The position numbers and the translations under genes were made by a program. A stretch of 64,000 nucleotides of DNA from a virus: positions 1 through 64,000 of the IMG/VR virus record IMGVR_UViG_3300036770_003728. One strand, written 5' to 3'. Under the pieces are notes generated by a model. That model was not told the origin of the DNA, made no database searches, and saw only the letters and a program-made list of their open reading frames with translations. Each line of letters starts with the position of its first letter. Position 1 is the first letter of the stretch. Below, one piece after another: positions 19,101 through 28,291 of the stretch.

Positions 19101-22055
19101 TATAGCACTGGCATTGGCTACACGAGCTGCACTTTCACTATTAATAGCACTTTGTAAACTGCTGGCATTGGCAATACTTGCTACATTAGCAGCATCGATG
19201 TTGGCCTGTAGTGCTATGTCTGCTGCTAATCTTGTAGCAGCTTCAGCATTGATATTAGCAGTGATTGCCGAAGTGGTTCCTGAACCTAAGCTGGTAATTT
19301 GAGCTTGGAGTGCAGTTTCAGCAGCAGTGGCTCTTGTAGTTTCTGTGATTACGCTTTGAGCTAGGGCTGCTGCATTGGCAGTTCTATTAGCGGTCTCGGT
19401 AGTAATAAAGCTAGGCAAGAACGCCGTGGTCTGTACAGTACTGTCCGGGAATGTTACATTACCTTTTACAGCAATTGGTGTACCACCACTGGTCTCAGCA
19501 CGTAGTCCATTTACTGGATCAACTGTTAAACTGGCTGTGCCAAAGTATACAGTACTGCTACTAATAAACAAACTACGGAAGGCCTGGCTAGCACTACCTA
19601 AATCTTGAGTTAAATGATTTTTTGGTAGTATATGACCTGGTACTTCGAATGTACCACCAACTGCATTAAGATTAGCACTGTATCCACCAGCCAGTAACTG
19701 ATGTTCTGTACCTTGTAGAACAGTAACATTAGCATGTATGGCTGCTTCAGCAGCAGTAGCTCTAGCTGTTTCAGCTGTGACACTGGCAGCAAGAGCGCTG
19801 GCATTGGCGATTCGGTTCGCCGATTCAGTGTTGAGATTATTGGTTATTGTGGTATCAGCCAGTATACGTGCTGATTCTTCTGTGTTGACATCATTGACAC
19901 GGTTGGTAATTTCCAAAGCAATGTTGGCAAATATGGCAGCAACGTTATTAGTCAATGCTGTGTTGGTATTTGTAACTTGTGTTTGTAAGCTGGTTTCGGT
20001 TGTGGTAGCACGAGTTACTTCAGCAGTGATATTACTTTGTAGATTAACGTCTGCTGCTGCACGAGTAGCTGCTTCTGCATTAATAGCAGCAGTTAATGCA
20101 ATATTAGCTGCATTCAAACTACCTGTCAGTACACTGGTATTGCTGATTCGTGTAGCAGTTTCAGTGTTTAGGTTGGCCTGTACAGCTGATTCAGCAGCTT
20201 GAGCACGACTACGCTCTAAATTAATGTCCGTATTGAGCTGTGTGCTCAGTGCTGTGATAGCACCTTGCAGCGTATTATCCGATGCTTGGAAAGCGGCTAC
20301 CACTTCAACCAAACTGTTTAGCGCCGTGGCATCTACGTTAACCAAAACATTGTTGATTTGCGTTTGAAGATTAGTAACATTAGCTACACGTTGTACGATT
20401 TCATTGTCTAACGCGGCTGTTAATACACTAACATTTGCAATTCTAGCAATATTAGCAGCATCTAACGAAGCCTGTAGTGCTGTATCACCAGCTGCTCTAG
20501 CAATGTTAGCTGCGGTTAAGGCCTGTAAAGTTGTAGCACTGTTGGCTTGCCATGCTGTATTAGTTGTATTAATGTTGTTCTGCAACGAAGTAATCACTGC
20601 GCTGACATTGCTTTCTCTGGCTGTGTTAGCAGCAGCGAAAGTGTTATTCATATTAGTGATCACTGCACTGATGTTACTGATTCGATCAATGTTGGCCGCA
20701 GTGAACGTATTATTCATACTGGTAATAACTGCGCTGATATTGCTAACACGATCAATGTTAGCTTGGTTAAATGTGTTATTAACCGAAGTAATCACTGCGC
20801 TGATGTTAGTGGTACGATCCAAATTGGCCTGCGTAAAGGTACTATTAACCAAAGTGATCACGCTGCTGATGTTGCTGATTCTGGCTACATTAGCACTGTC
20901 TAAGTTATTCTGTAATAATGTTTCAGCAGCGACGGCACGAGTTCGTTCTACAATAACATTGGCTATACGAGCACTGCTTTCAGCTGCCAAGTTAGCAGTA
21001 TGACTAATATTAGCAGCAATCAGGCTGGCTGCTAATGCACTGGTATTGGCTACCCTGGCCACGCTCTCAGCAGTGATATTAGCTCTGAGATTACCTTCTT
21101 CGCTAATAGCACGACTGGTTTCAATGGTCAAGTTACTCTTGATATTGTTATCTTCAACAATACGTTGAGCACGTTCGGTATTAATGTCTAGTTGTAAGTT
21201 ACCCTCGGCGCTGATCGCACGATTGGCTTCCACAATCACATTAGCTATTCTAGCTGCACTTTCTGCTGCCAAGTTGGCAGTCATACTTACATTAGCAGCC
21301 TGCAAACTAGCGGCCAATGCACTAGCATTGGCTGTACGAGCAGCGGTTTCAGCTGCAATATTAGCCTGTAAATTAACATCACCGGTTATTCTAGCACTGA
21401 TTTCGACGGACAAATTGGCTGCGTTTTGAGCTGCCACTACACGAATTGCAGTATCTTCTGCCAATCTTATATTAGCTTCAGCTACTACTGCATTAGCAGT
21501 AGCACTAATATTGCTGTTGATTAGGTTATCATTGGCTAAACGAATATTAGCTTCATTATTAATAGCTGTTTGTAGAGCTGCTTCGGCAGCATAGGCTCTA
21601 ACTGTTTCTGCACCGATATTACTTTGAAGAGCCGAAACTGAATTTGCTACAAATCCGTAAAAGTCAGGATCATTGTTGATACTTGTTGCAATGCCTTCAA
21701 GGGTACTAAGCTCAATAGGATAAACAGCACCAATGGTAGCCACTAAATTACTATTGACTTCTTCTACTCTGCCTAAGGTATTGGCCAAGTTGGCCAATAT
21801 AACTACCAGACCTTGTTGCACATACAGGTTACTATAGAACTCGCTATAGGAATTGGCCTGCATGTCGACCACACCGTCGGTGGGAATTGGGGCACCGCCC
21901 GGCGTTACTCCATCATGTATACGCAAGGTTTTAAGCGTGGTATCCACTGTGATCTCTCCCAGTGGGCCTACATAGGTGCTGCTTGTAGCTAGATTACCTC
22001 TTTTTAATAGAATCTGTCTAGCATCAAGGCTGATAACTTGGTTGTTAATAGTCAT
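16161..22055 (-). CDS. Long tail fibre (MTD-N-like anchor, coiled-coil shaft, knob repeats, cupredoxin-like domain)
   Basis: ILLKRG...GEITVDT...RIHDGVTPGG; Ala/Asn/Thr coiled coils; four IP-x5-DLGS-type motifs; HPF...YRCTVHAAM. Confidence 0.85.
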   Translation of the reverse strand: MTINNQVISLDARQILLKRGNLATSSTYVGPLGEITVDTTLKTLRIHDGVTPGGAPIPTDGVVDMQANSYSEFYSNLYVQQGLVVILANLANTLGRVEEVNSNLVATIGAVYPIELSTLEGIATSINNDPDFYGFVANSVSALQSNIGAETVRAYAAEAALQTAINNEANIRLANDNLINSNISATANAVVAEANIRLAEDTAIRVVAAQNAANLSVEISARITGDVNLQANIAAETAARTANASALAASLQAANVSMTANLAAESAARIANVIVEANRAISAEGNLQLDINTERAQRIVEDNNIKSNLTIETSRAISEEGNLRANITAESVARVANTSALAASLIAANISHTANLAAESSARIANVIVERTRAVAAETLLQNNLDSANVARISNISSVITLVNSTFTQANLDRTTNISAVITSVNNTFNQANIDRVSNISAVITSMNNTFTAANIDRISNISAVITNMNNTFAAANTARESNVSAVITSLQNNINTTNTAWQANSATTLQALTAANIARAAGDTALQASLDAANIARIANVSVLTAALDNEIVQRVANVTNLQTQINNVLVNVDATALNSLVEVVAAFQASDNTLQGAITALSTQLNTDINLERSRAQAAESAVQANLNTETATRISNTSVLTGSLNAANIALTAAINAEAATRAAADVNLQSNITAEVTRATTTETSLQTQVTNTNTALTNNVAAIFANIALEITNRVNDVNTEESARILADTTITNNLNTESANRIANASALAASVTAETARATAAEAAIHANVTVLQGTEHQLLAGGYSANLNAVGGTFEVPGHILPKNHLTQDLGSASQAFRSLFISSSTVYFGTASLTVDPVNGLRAETSGGTPIAVKGNVTFPDSTVQTTAFLPSFITTETANRTANAAALAQSVITETTRATAAETALQAQITSLGSGTTSAITANINAEAATRLAADIALQANIDAANVASIANASSLQSAINSESAARVANASAIVTSILANESTRLSNAAALATSIAAETARAISEEGNLRSNINSVISQLGNNTENNLVNGSFYANLTATGNLTLPGNVTPLSTDQFDLGSESLRWSNIYIANTGLHMGNATVRVGDYGNVDIVTRELADQIGAEAIEWTTSSTVIFYAYENTELYNLLVTFSGGEVIEVLTPFVNSLVIRSQGSIGSLTQVAGSSPAVFYRPITFAVDQAMPGPLVNVPGTVFTYQYLYTYKLRFKAQSIVSKLTNTLLSMDLERTGNVNVPGNVIPKTTAAHDLGSSVAAFRTAYVGNTINMGNTVVSSDFGNGLQVTTSAGANLPYVGNVKFLDGRVQTTAFWPEFITQLQANIDAANVARTSNISAVITSVNATFTAANTAWQANTANLQTQIDSILNNVDATALNSLAEIIANYQSVDTIINAAVSTETVRATAAEGNIAANVIAANVAWIANAAAQATEITNLWANAAAQTTSLATLTANSESQQTTIDTLTANAAAQATEINNLWANASAQTTSLATLTANSESQQTTIDSLSANAAAQATEITDLVANAAAQATSLATLTANSESQQTTIDSLSANAASQQSAIVTLQSQVYANANVADYLLTNTGNVAAGNISFSGNINGSGAGLTGFADVARTGAYADLTGTPTIPAYTDVPNYLDGNISANLIPSSNVTYDLGSDTRRWRDLYLSGSTINFGNALIKTDADTGLIAFVPPPAPSRPNPQAIVFTPEGQMVPVDTVAGNVNFATANVKVQNNPGINRPAVFTITANGSSAYVFAADGRFFATATNNPTLNLRRGETYRFINNSGGGHPFQIVEETGSEDGPTLTAYTVGVTNNGAASGEIIFTVPMNAPARLRYRCTVHAAMSGAINVDGNERVQPPANNLEQKFEIRTANFAVIPNRRYGINTNNGSITATLPVPPAVAPGDAVFFADAGGAYTANSFVILAGSGTTITNTSNSSSGTLVINTNGDSIGLFWTGTTWRMYE
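17386..17770 (-). repeat. About 3 x 126-bp near-identical coding tandem repeat (14-aa subunits)
   Basis: tatctatagtgg...tggctttcactattggctgttaatgtagccaatgatgttg recurs at 17402, 17528 and 17654. Confidence 0.9.
20570..20900 (-). repeat. About 5 x 66-bp (22-aa) coding tandem repeat
   Basis: ANIDRISNISAVITxMNNTFxA-type units. Confidence 0.8.
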
Positions 22056-22561
22056 TGTATAGTCCCGCCGTCAATTATTGTGAAATCATTACCTTCTGGT
22101 TCGCCTTCTTGCGGAGGCATGTCTGCGTAGTACGCAGGAATTACGTACAAATCCAATGGTACATTATAGTTATTGTCTGTAAATGCTGGCTGTTCGCGAT
22201 CATCTTCTCGACGTATAGCACGGAAAGTTAATTTATACTGTCTTTGTGTCAGCGAATTAACTATATCCTTGGTTATAACAAATGTACCGATCCCATTGTT
22301 TTCGTTGATAAAGTTTACACCAAAACTTTGTACAGTTAATTGATTCAATGGATCTTGAATGTCTATACGCATGGTATACCCAGCCATATTCACTGGCTTT
22401 TGATCTTGATTTCTTACTCGTACTTGTACAGGGTTATCAATTCCCTGATATACTGTTACCGGCTTAGTGTACACGTCTCGGTTCCTTGTGGCAAAAATCG
22501 TAGGATCCCATATTGTTGCTGTCATTTTAATAGGATATAAATAAGTTTGGATTGTAATCAT
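22052..22561 (-). CDS. Virion protein, probable fibre attachment/baseplate Ig-like domain
   Basis: TVYQGIDNPVQVRVRNQDQKPVNM; ends IIDGGTI; start moved to the ATG after TAAATA; coupled to the fibre gene. Confidence 0.6.
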   Translation of the reverse strand: MITIQTYLYPIKMTATIWDPTIFATRNRDVYTKPVTVYQGIDNPVQVRVRNQDQKPVNMAGYTMRIDIQDPLNQLTVQSFGVNFINENNGIGTFVITKDIVNSLTQRQYKLTFRAIRREDDREQPAFTDNNYNVPLDLYVIPAYYADMPPQEGEPEGNDFTIIDGGTIQ

Positions 22562-22582
22562 TATTTTACTATTTATTGCAAA

Positions 22583-22951
22583 GTGGAAGAAATTAAAAAG
22601 CTGCTCGAACAGTATCCGTTCATAACTTATCTTATTTACGGCGGCAACGAATACATCGGAATCATACAAAATTCCGACGAACTTATCACAACGATTTATG
22701 ATTTTGGCAGCTTGAAAGACCCTGATCAAAAACAAAAGTTCTTGGACCTAGGTGAACAATGGTGGTGGGAGTCAAATCGCATGATCCCTATCAACGTTTT
22801 TCTCAAACGTGATTGGTCAGAATTCAAGGCCTGCGTAAAGACCATGAACAGCAAAGACGTAGATATACGCTTTGGTCCTCAGGTTAATCTTAAAGAAATG
22901 GCTGCTAAACGCAGCAAACGCAGATCAATTACTTTGGTTCGTAAGCTCTAA
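22583..22951 (+). CDS. Hypothetical protein (divergent orientation)
   Basis: YPFITY...WWWESNRMIPINVFLK; likely GTG start; TATAAATA upstream. Confidence 0.7.
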   Translation: MEEIKKLLEQYPFITYLIYGGNEYIGIIQNSDELITTIYDFGSLKDPDQKQKFLDLGEQWWWESNRMIPINVFLKRDWSEFKACVKTMNSKDVDIRFGPQVNLKEMAAKRSKRRSITLVRKL

Positions 22952-23500
22952 CAAATTCATGTGCACTGCTACTAGATGAGCATAGCTCACAGCATGCGCT
23001 TTTTTGAAATAATACCCAGATTCTGGCTTTTGCCATATGGTCTCAGCTACTTCACGCCATGGACGACCTATTAGGTGTCTTTTACCCGGCCTTATAATAG
23101 CCAAGAACATGGCCAACCTGGCTATAGAATCCACTGGCTCAGGCATACGACCTAAGGTATCCCAATGATTACCAATATGAATTAACTGTGCACAGAATTC
23201 TTGATCCAACAGTTTGTGCCAATTCGGTTTTTGTTGCATCAGTTCCGTTAACTGTTGTTCACTGTGAATTTGATTATATACTGATACATTCAAAAAATCT
23301 AGTTTAATATACCCACGTTGTTCAGCACTGCGAAAGTCAATAGTAGCAGTGTTGGTTATAGGATCATGTGGAATCTCAGTGACATAAACACCAGTATTAT
23401 GTGGAACATTGCCATCCAGGCTAGCACGCCTATACTGAATATGGCGTAAGATACTGGCACGATCACCAAAGTCAATGTCTACATCGCTGGTAAATTTCAT
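22925..23500 (-). CDS. Miniature DnaE (family C polymerase) catalytic core
   Basis: SDVDIDF, HNTGVYV, IKLDFL, LAIIRPG, YFKKAHAVSY in DnaE order. Confidence 0.85.
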   Translation of the reverse strand: MKFTSDVDIDFGDRASILRHIQYRRASLDGNVPHNTGVYVTEIPHDPITNTATIDFRSAEQRGYIKLDFLNVSVYNQIHSEQQLTELMQQKPNWHKLLDQEFCAQLIHIGNHWDTLGRMPEPVDSIARLAMFLAIIRPGKRHLIGRPWREVAETIWQKPESGYYFKKAHAVSYAHLVAVHMNLLELTNQSN

Positions 23501-24177
23501 AGTCCACCTAATTCTAAAATTTGTCTAGCGAATGCAACATCATCACTTAGATCTTTGAACTTGGATTGCCAGTGTGCAGGATCAATGAACTCAATCACAG
23601 TGGCTACTTGATCAGTATTTAATCGACTTAAAAAGTCAATCCCACTGTCACAGTTGTACACAGCCCAAGCACTAATACGACCAGTGGTGATATGATAGCA
23701 TATACGATTTTCGTTAACCAGTCTAAAGTAATCCCTATACCCATTCTTGTACTCAGGGTGTTGATACATATAGTCTACCATGGTTTCCATACTACGTTCA
23801 AGAGCATCTTTAACTGATTCTTTACGTAAGTATTCTACTAACCAACTAGTGTAAAACGTATCTGAAGTCCAACGATCTAACGGACGATTATTTTTGAGCA
23901 GCCAACGAGTGTACGCAGCAAGATTTACACAGTGTACACTATGACAGTACCTACCAAACTTTACAAAGGCTGTGTAATAACTACTAGCTACGAAATCTTG
24001 GTAATCACGTTTACGTCCACTTTGTGTGGTTTCATAAAAGATCCTGTAGGCTTGCAGTGCCCATTGTACCCCAATTTCGTTCTGCTGTTGATGTCTGCGC
24101 TTGGGTTCACAACTGTGACTGGTCAGCGTGGTTTCTTTAGCATAGGTTTTATGACAGTATTGGCATTCAAAAGGCAT
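23497..24177 (-). CDS. Hypothetical protein with N-terminal zinc finger
   Basis: CQYCHKTY...SHSC. Confidence 0.7.
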   Translation of the reverse strand: MPFECQYCHKTYAKETTLTSHSCEPKRRHQQQNEIGVQWALQAYRIFYETTQSGRKRDYQDFVASSYYTAFVKFGRYCHSVHCVNLAAYTRWLLKNNRPLDRWTSDTFYTSWLVEYLRKESVKDALERSMETMVDYMYQHPEYKNGYRDYFRLVNENRICYHITTGRISAWAVYNCDSGIDFLSRLNTDQVATVIEFIDPAHWQSKFKDLSDDVAFARQILELGGL

Positions 24178-24622
24178 TTCTTATTTCTTTGTCGTCCCAA
24201 CCCAATGATTGTAGATAGGCTTCTAGATCTTTACGATTAGTGTTATTGACCAATATAGCCAATTCTTCTCTATTAAGATCTGGAAACTGTTCGGCTAGAA
24301 CTTTTTGTATAGGATTAGTCTTGTGCCGACTACCCATCCAATAGTGCTTTTGACGACCCATGTCTGGGCTCACTGACGTACACAGTAACCACTGCAACTT
24401 AGGATGGCGCCCAATGGCAAAAAAGTCTTGATTAACACGATCGTTTTGAGCTCGCAAATACCATTCTTGTAAATCTCTGTTGCCTTCTACACTGGCAGCA
24501 TACTTCATCATTAAGTACGTACTAAACTTTTTACGTTCTTCGTCAGTGAGTTCATCATAGAACCCACGGTCTTTGGTATCCAGTGCTGCCAGCTCTTGTG
24601 CTAGTGTTAGCTTGGCGCTCAT
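24167..24622 (-). CDS. Probable clamp-loader small subunit (gp62-like)
   Basis: FSTYLMMKY...VN...HPKLQWLL...HYW pattern; replication context. Confidence 0.45.
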   Translation of the reverse strand: MSAKLTLAQELAALDTKDRGFYDELTDEERKKFSTYLMMKYAASVEGNRDLQEWYLRAQNDRVNQDFFAIGRHPKLQWLLCTSVSPDMGRQKHYWMGSRHKTNPIQKVLAEQFPDLNREELAILVNNTNRKDLEAYLQSLGWDDKEIRNAF

Positions 24623-25131
24623 TACCAGGCCCTTCCAAAATCAATGACTTCGCTAACTCTACTGATATCTTTAACAAAGTATGCACACAGTGGACTATCG
24701 GTATCAGTTTCCAAAGGCACAGCCAATAATTGGCCGGCTTTGAGTTTAGGAAAATACCACTTGACATCTTGATAAATGTCCACTATTTCAACTTGATGAA
24801 ACTCGGGCCTGTAACTTTTAATAGGGTTAAAACAAAACGCTGAAAAGCCACGATCATTAATGGAAGTCAATGGCACCACTTCAAGATCACCGATATCGGT
24901 TTCACCAATTAGTAATTGCCAATCCACTGGCATTTTTACTGTGTGCTCACCTATGCGTAGCACTAGAGCCGGGCTATTAAAACTTTCTAAGAAGATTAAA
25001 GGTATAAAGAAATAATCCGGAGTTTTAGGATCTGAATTATCCAATATACAAAAACGTAGATCTTCGATTTCATCGGGGATCTCATTAAGGTCGTAACTAC
25101 GATTGGTATCTAGGTTTAGTATTCTTGACAT
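24622..25131 (-). CDS. Hypothetical beta-rich protein
   Basis: Full ORF, TAATG-coupled to the next gene. Confidence 0.7.
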   Translation of the reverse strand: MSRILNLDTNRSYDLNEIPDEIEDLRFCILDNSDPKTPDYFFIPLIFLESFNSPALVLRIGEHTVKMPVDWQLLIGETDIGDLEVVPLTSINDRGFSAFCFNPIKSYRPEFHQVEIVDIYQDVKWYFPKLKAGQLLAVPLETDTDSPLCAYFVKDISRVSEVIDFGRAW

Positions 25132-25139
25132 AATTGTTA

Positions 25140-26597
25140 TTATAGATAATTTACACGCTCAAGGTCAAATGGATAATTTGCCTCTCGATAAAAATTCTTA
25201 CGCTGTGTTAGGTGCCGCTTGGCAAATTTGCAACTACTGGTTATGTCCCAGATTTGGACGAAGTCTTTGTCTGACGCTCGCCTAATACCACGCCCAATGC
25301 TTTGTATAACACGTACAAAACTTTTACCAGGCTCAACAAGCACAAGATTAAAAATCCTAGGAATATTGATGCCAACTGCTGCCACACCGTAGGTTGCGAC
25401 AATAACTTTATCTGCTGACGTTGCCACTTCGTCATATTCTTCCTGCCTATCAGTGCTTTTGGTAGCACCATTTACAAACACAGCATCACGGATGCCGGCA
25501 ACTAGTGCCTGCCCGGCGGCCACACGATCAATTAGGATTAATGTATTGCCAGTACCACGTATACGTTCTACTAAACTACTGATATAGTCTAGTCTATCTG
25601 CATTTTCTAACAGATATTTAAGCTCGCTTTGATAATTTGTAAACTCTTTGTGATCTTGTAATTGTACAATGTTTACATGACAATTGGCCAGCACACCTTG
25701 TTCTTGTAACTCGCTGGCGCTGAGTTGTCCTACCACTGGACCCAAAGTACAGGTTAAAGCCAGTCGATTATAATCTTCTTTGGGTACTGTACCTGTCAAG
25801 CCCCAACGTATAGGCACATGACTCATTACACCTGTTAACAATGTTTTAAGGGCATCAGCTTTGGCCATATGCACTTCGTCGACAATCACGCATATCACAT
25901 CTTGTAAAAATTCTTCTATGCTGATTTCAACTTCGTGACTTTTGGTATTTTTAAGTAGTATATTAAGACTTTGCCATGTGCAGATAGTATGCTGCCGGCC
26001 AAATTCTTTACGATCACCAAAGTATACACCAACATCTAATCCCATGTTCACGTAGTCACGCTCGGTTTGGGTAACCAAGCTCTTGTTAGGCACTATGACC
26101 ACGCTGCGTCCATAAGGTTGCACACTTGTGCTAAGAGCAGCGGTCATGATGGTCTTGCCTGCTCCTGTGGCTACTTCCTGTATACACTGTGGTGTGGATA
26201 AGAATCTGTTGACGATCTCAACTTGGTAATCTCTCAGTAAGATAGGTTCATGTTGATTAGGATGACCCGTAGGCCAAGCACGACTGGCGAAACTTTGCTC
26301 ATTGACCTGTGGGAATTCAAAACTGGTACGATACGACCTAAGATCTTCTAAATCTATGTCATATCCGTGTGCTTCTATCACAGGAATAATTTCTGGCAAC
26401 AGATTAATATAAGTAGCACCAGCCAAACTAAAATAGCTGACTTTACCATCCCATCTCCCAAGTCGCACTGCTGGCAAATATCGAGCACCTGGTATTTCAA
26501 ATTTGAATTGATTGGTTAATGTACGTCGTAGGTTAACATCCAAGCCTTCAACTTTAACATTAACTTCGTCACGTATGAATAATTTACATTCCGGCAT
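25140..26597 (-). CDS. uvsW: UvsW-like SF2 helicase
   Basis: LRDYQ, ATGAGKT, DEVH, GLTGT, QSIGRGIR. Confidence 0.9.
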   Translation of the reverse strand: MPECKLFIRDEVNVKVEGLDVNLRRTLTNQFKFEIPGARYLPAVRLGRWDGKVSYFSLAGATYINLLPEIIPVIEAHGYDIDLEDLRSYRTSFEFPQVNEQSFASRAWPTGHPNQHEPILLRDYQVEIVNRFLSTPQCIQEVATGAGKTIMTAALSTSVQPYGRSVVIVPNKSLVTQTERDYVNMGLDVGVYFGDRKEFGRQHTICTWQSLNILLKNTKSHEVEISIEEFLQDVICVIVDEVHMAKADALKTLLTGVMSHVPIRWGLTGTVPKEDYNRLALTCTLGPVVGQLSASELQEQGVLANCHVNIVQLQDHKEFTNYQSELKYLLENADRLDYISSLVERIRGTGNTLILIDRVAAGQALVAGIRDAVFVNGATKSTDRQEEYDEVATSADKVIVATYGVAAVGINIPRIFNLVLVEPGKSFVRVIQSIGRGIRRASDKDFVQIWDITSSCKFAKRHLTQRKNFYREANYPFDLERVNYL

Positions 26598-27684
26598 CTT
26601 GTGTCTGCTGTGTGTAATAGATAATTTTATCTGCTGATTGTAACATTTGTTGCCTGCGGTTTCCTATCATTAAGGTGTGGGTGGTTACTAATAAGGGCAT
26701 GTTTTTGTCTGCACTGCGCCAATGGTTAAAATATATCACTGGTGCAGAATGCCCGCTATTGTCTGTACGCCTGTCTATAATATCTTCTTTTGGTACATGA
26801 CGTACCATTTCTTTGCGTAATACGCTGGCTCCTGATTCGTAGATATAAATGGGATATCGATTAGTAACACGAGCATAATCAAATATTGGTTCGAGATCTA
26901 TGCTGCCGCTGTATTCTAAGTTTATGCTTTTTGGTCCCAGTAAACTGGCTGCTGAATCGTTAATACTGGTGTCTACCAGACCATATACGTCAGGGTGTAC
27001 TGTATAGTCTAGCTGACCAGATAAATCAATCAAGTTGATTAAATTGCCTAAGCTGAATCCACCATGCTCATTGATATAGTCAATGAGACTGTTGGCAGCA
27101 TTGGTTATGCTTAATTCTTGGTTTTGATAAATTAATTCTATAGCATGGTTTCGATAAGGTGCCATGTCTTGCTGTAGTTGCAAAAGATCGGCGCTGATAG
27201 AAAAATTATGTTTTATACCGAACTCTATGACCCAATCTATCCTAGGCTCAGTTAATGTACATACCCAAGCTCGCAGATCTCGATCAAATTGTAGCGTTCC
27301 AGGATACTCAGAGACAGCAGCACGTATCACACTAATTAAATTTTGGTCATAAGGAAAGCGTATACATATTTTGTTATCTTGTATACTAATAGAATTAGTA
27401 CGATCTATGTTACGTATAGGCAACTTAAAAACAGCATTATCAATCAGTCCGCTGACATCATATCCATTGGCCGCCCACTGTTTACGATATTTGACTACTA
27501 TTTTGTGTGCTAACAATGCCTGTCTATCAGTGAACCCTAGTTGTCTTTGAATTTGTTCTGCCATGCTGTTGACTATGGGCTCATCATACCGTGCCAACTT
27601 GATCGGCGGATCCACAGGAGGCCAGCTAAATGTATCGGTAGCCATCAGCTCAATGTAATCTTCAATATAGGAAAGAGTTTTCAT
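26584..27684 (-). CDS. Hypothetical protein
   Basis: Start moved to MKTLSYIEDY directly behind a consensus promoter. Confidence 0.75.
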   Translation of the reverse strand: MKTLSYIEDYIELMATDTFSWPPVDPPIKLARYDEPIVNSMAEQIQRQLGFTDRQALLAHKIVVKYRKQWAANGYDVSGLIDNAVFKLPIRNIDRTNSISIQDNKICIRFPYDQNLISVIRAAVSEYPGTLQFDRDLRAWVCTLTEPRIDWVIEFGIKHNFSISADLLQLQQDMAPYRNHAIELIYQNQELSITNAANSLIDYINEHGGFSLGNLINLIDLSGQLDYTVHPDVYGLVDTSINDSAASLLGPKSINLEYSGSIDLEPIFDYARVTNRYPIYIYESGASVLRKEMVRHVPKEDIIDRRTDNSGHSAPVIYFNHWRSADKNMPLLVTTHTLMIGNRRQQMLQSADKIIYYTQQTQDAGM

Positions 27685-27690
27685 TGTATT

Positions 27691-27719
27691 ATTATAACTT
27701 ATATATTTAGATAAGTCAA
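27691..27719 (-). promoter_or_regulatory. Sigma70 promoter, leaderless arrangement
   Basis: TTGACT-17-TATAAT, 6 nt before the ATG; TAAATA inside the spacer. Confidence 0.8.
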
Positions 27720-27741
27720 AAAAAAGTGCCCCTAAGGGCAC
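27718..27741 (-). terminator. Rho-independent terminator
   Basis: GTGCCC-TTAG-GGGCAC-T-tract. Confidence 0.85.
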
Positions 27742-27770
27742 CAAAATAGAGAGGCTTATGATAAACTGGT

Positions 27771-28283
27771 TTAGGCGTGGCGTTGAATTTCCTCACGTAG
27801 AATATGTTCTACCATTTGATTAAACGTGATATCTCTGTCATGTGCTAATTTAGCGATCCGAGCAAAGTCCTCATCAGAGATATCAATGGGCATGGTCACA
27901 CGCTGATCGTAGTCTCTGCCATCCCTAATGGCTTCGGCTTTGGCAATGAAGTCTTCTAAGACTTCTAAGTCAACGAAGTTGACATCGTCCCAGGCTTGAT
28001 TCTTTTGGTCGCCACTGTTGGCAACTGCTGACTTCATGTAAGCATCACGAGCACCGGTGTCGGGGTTGAACCAACGATACGCACGATTGCCAGCATAGTC
28101 GCACACTTCTAATACCTCAACCGTCATGCCGTCTAAGCGTACAATGGTATTGATACTGAACCCATCATGATCTTCATTCCAATAACTGAAATGATGTGCG
28201 TTCTCACCAAAGCAGGGCCACAGAAAGTGGCTGACTTCGGTAAGTCTATGTTGGGTCAATTCACAAAATCTAGCAAAGTTCAT
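27771..28283 (-). CDS. Hypothetical protein with C-terminal ribbon-helix-helix-like segment
   Basis: AGGAG SD before MNFARF; TMPIDISDEDFARIAKLAHDRDITFNQMVEHIL. Confidence 0.65.
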   Translation of the reverse strand: MNFARFCELTQHRLTEVSHFLWPCFGENAHHFSYWNEDHDGFSINTIVRLDGMTVEVLEVCDYAGNRAYRWFNPDTGARDAYMKSAVANSGDQKNQAWDDVNFVDLEVLEDFIAKAEAIRDGRDYDQRVTMPIDISDEDFARIAKLAHDRDITFNQMVEHILREEIQRHA

Positions 28284-28291
28284 GTTAACTC

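Noticed and set aside
16753-21429. Several long plus-strand ORFs inside the tail fibre gene
   Set aside because: Shadow frames of Ala/Asn/Thr-rich codons; no start signals
22562-22735. Long N-terminal extensions in the ORF track (also at 13463, 27744, 28451, 29972, 59789)
   Set aside because: They overlap neighbouring genes or promoters; downstream starts fit the SD and promoter signals better
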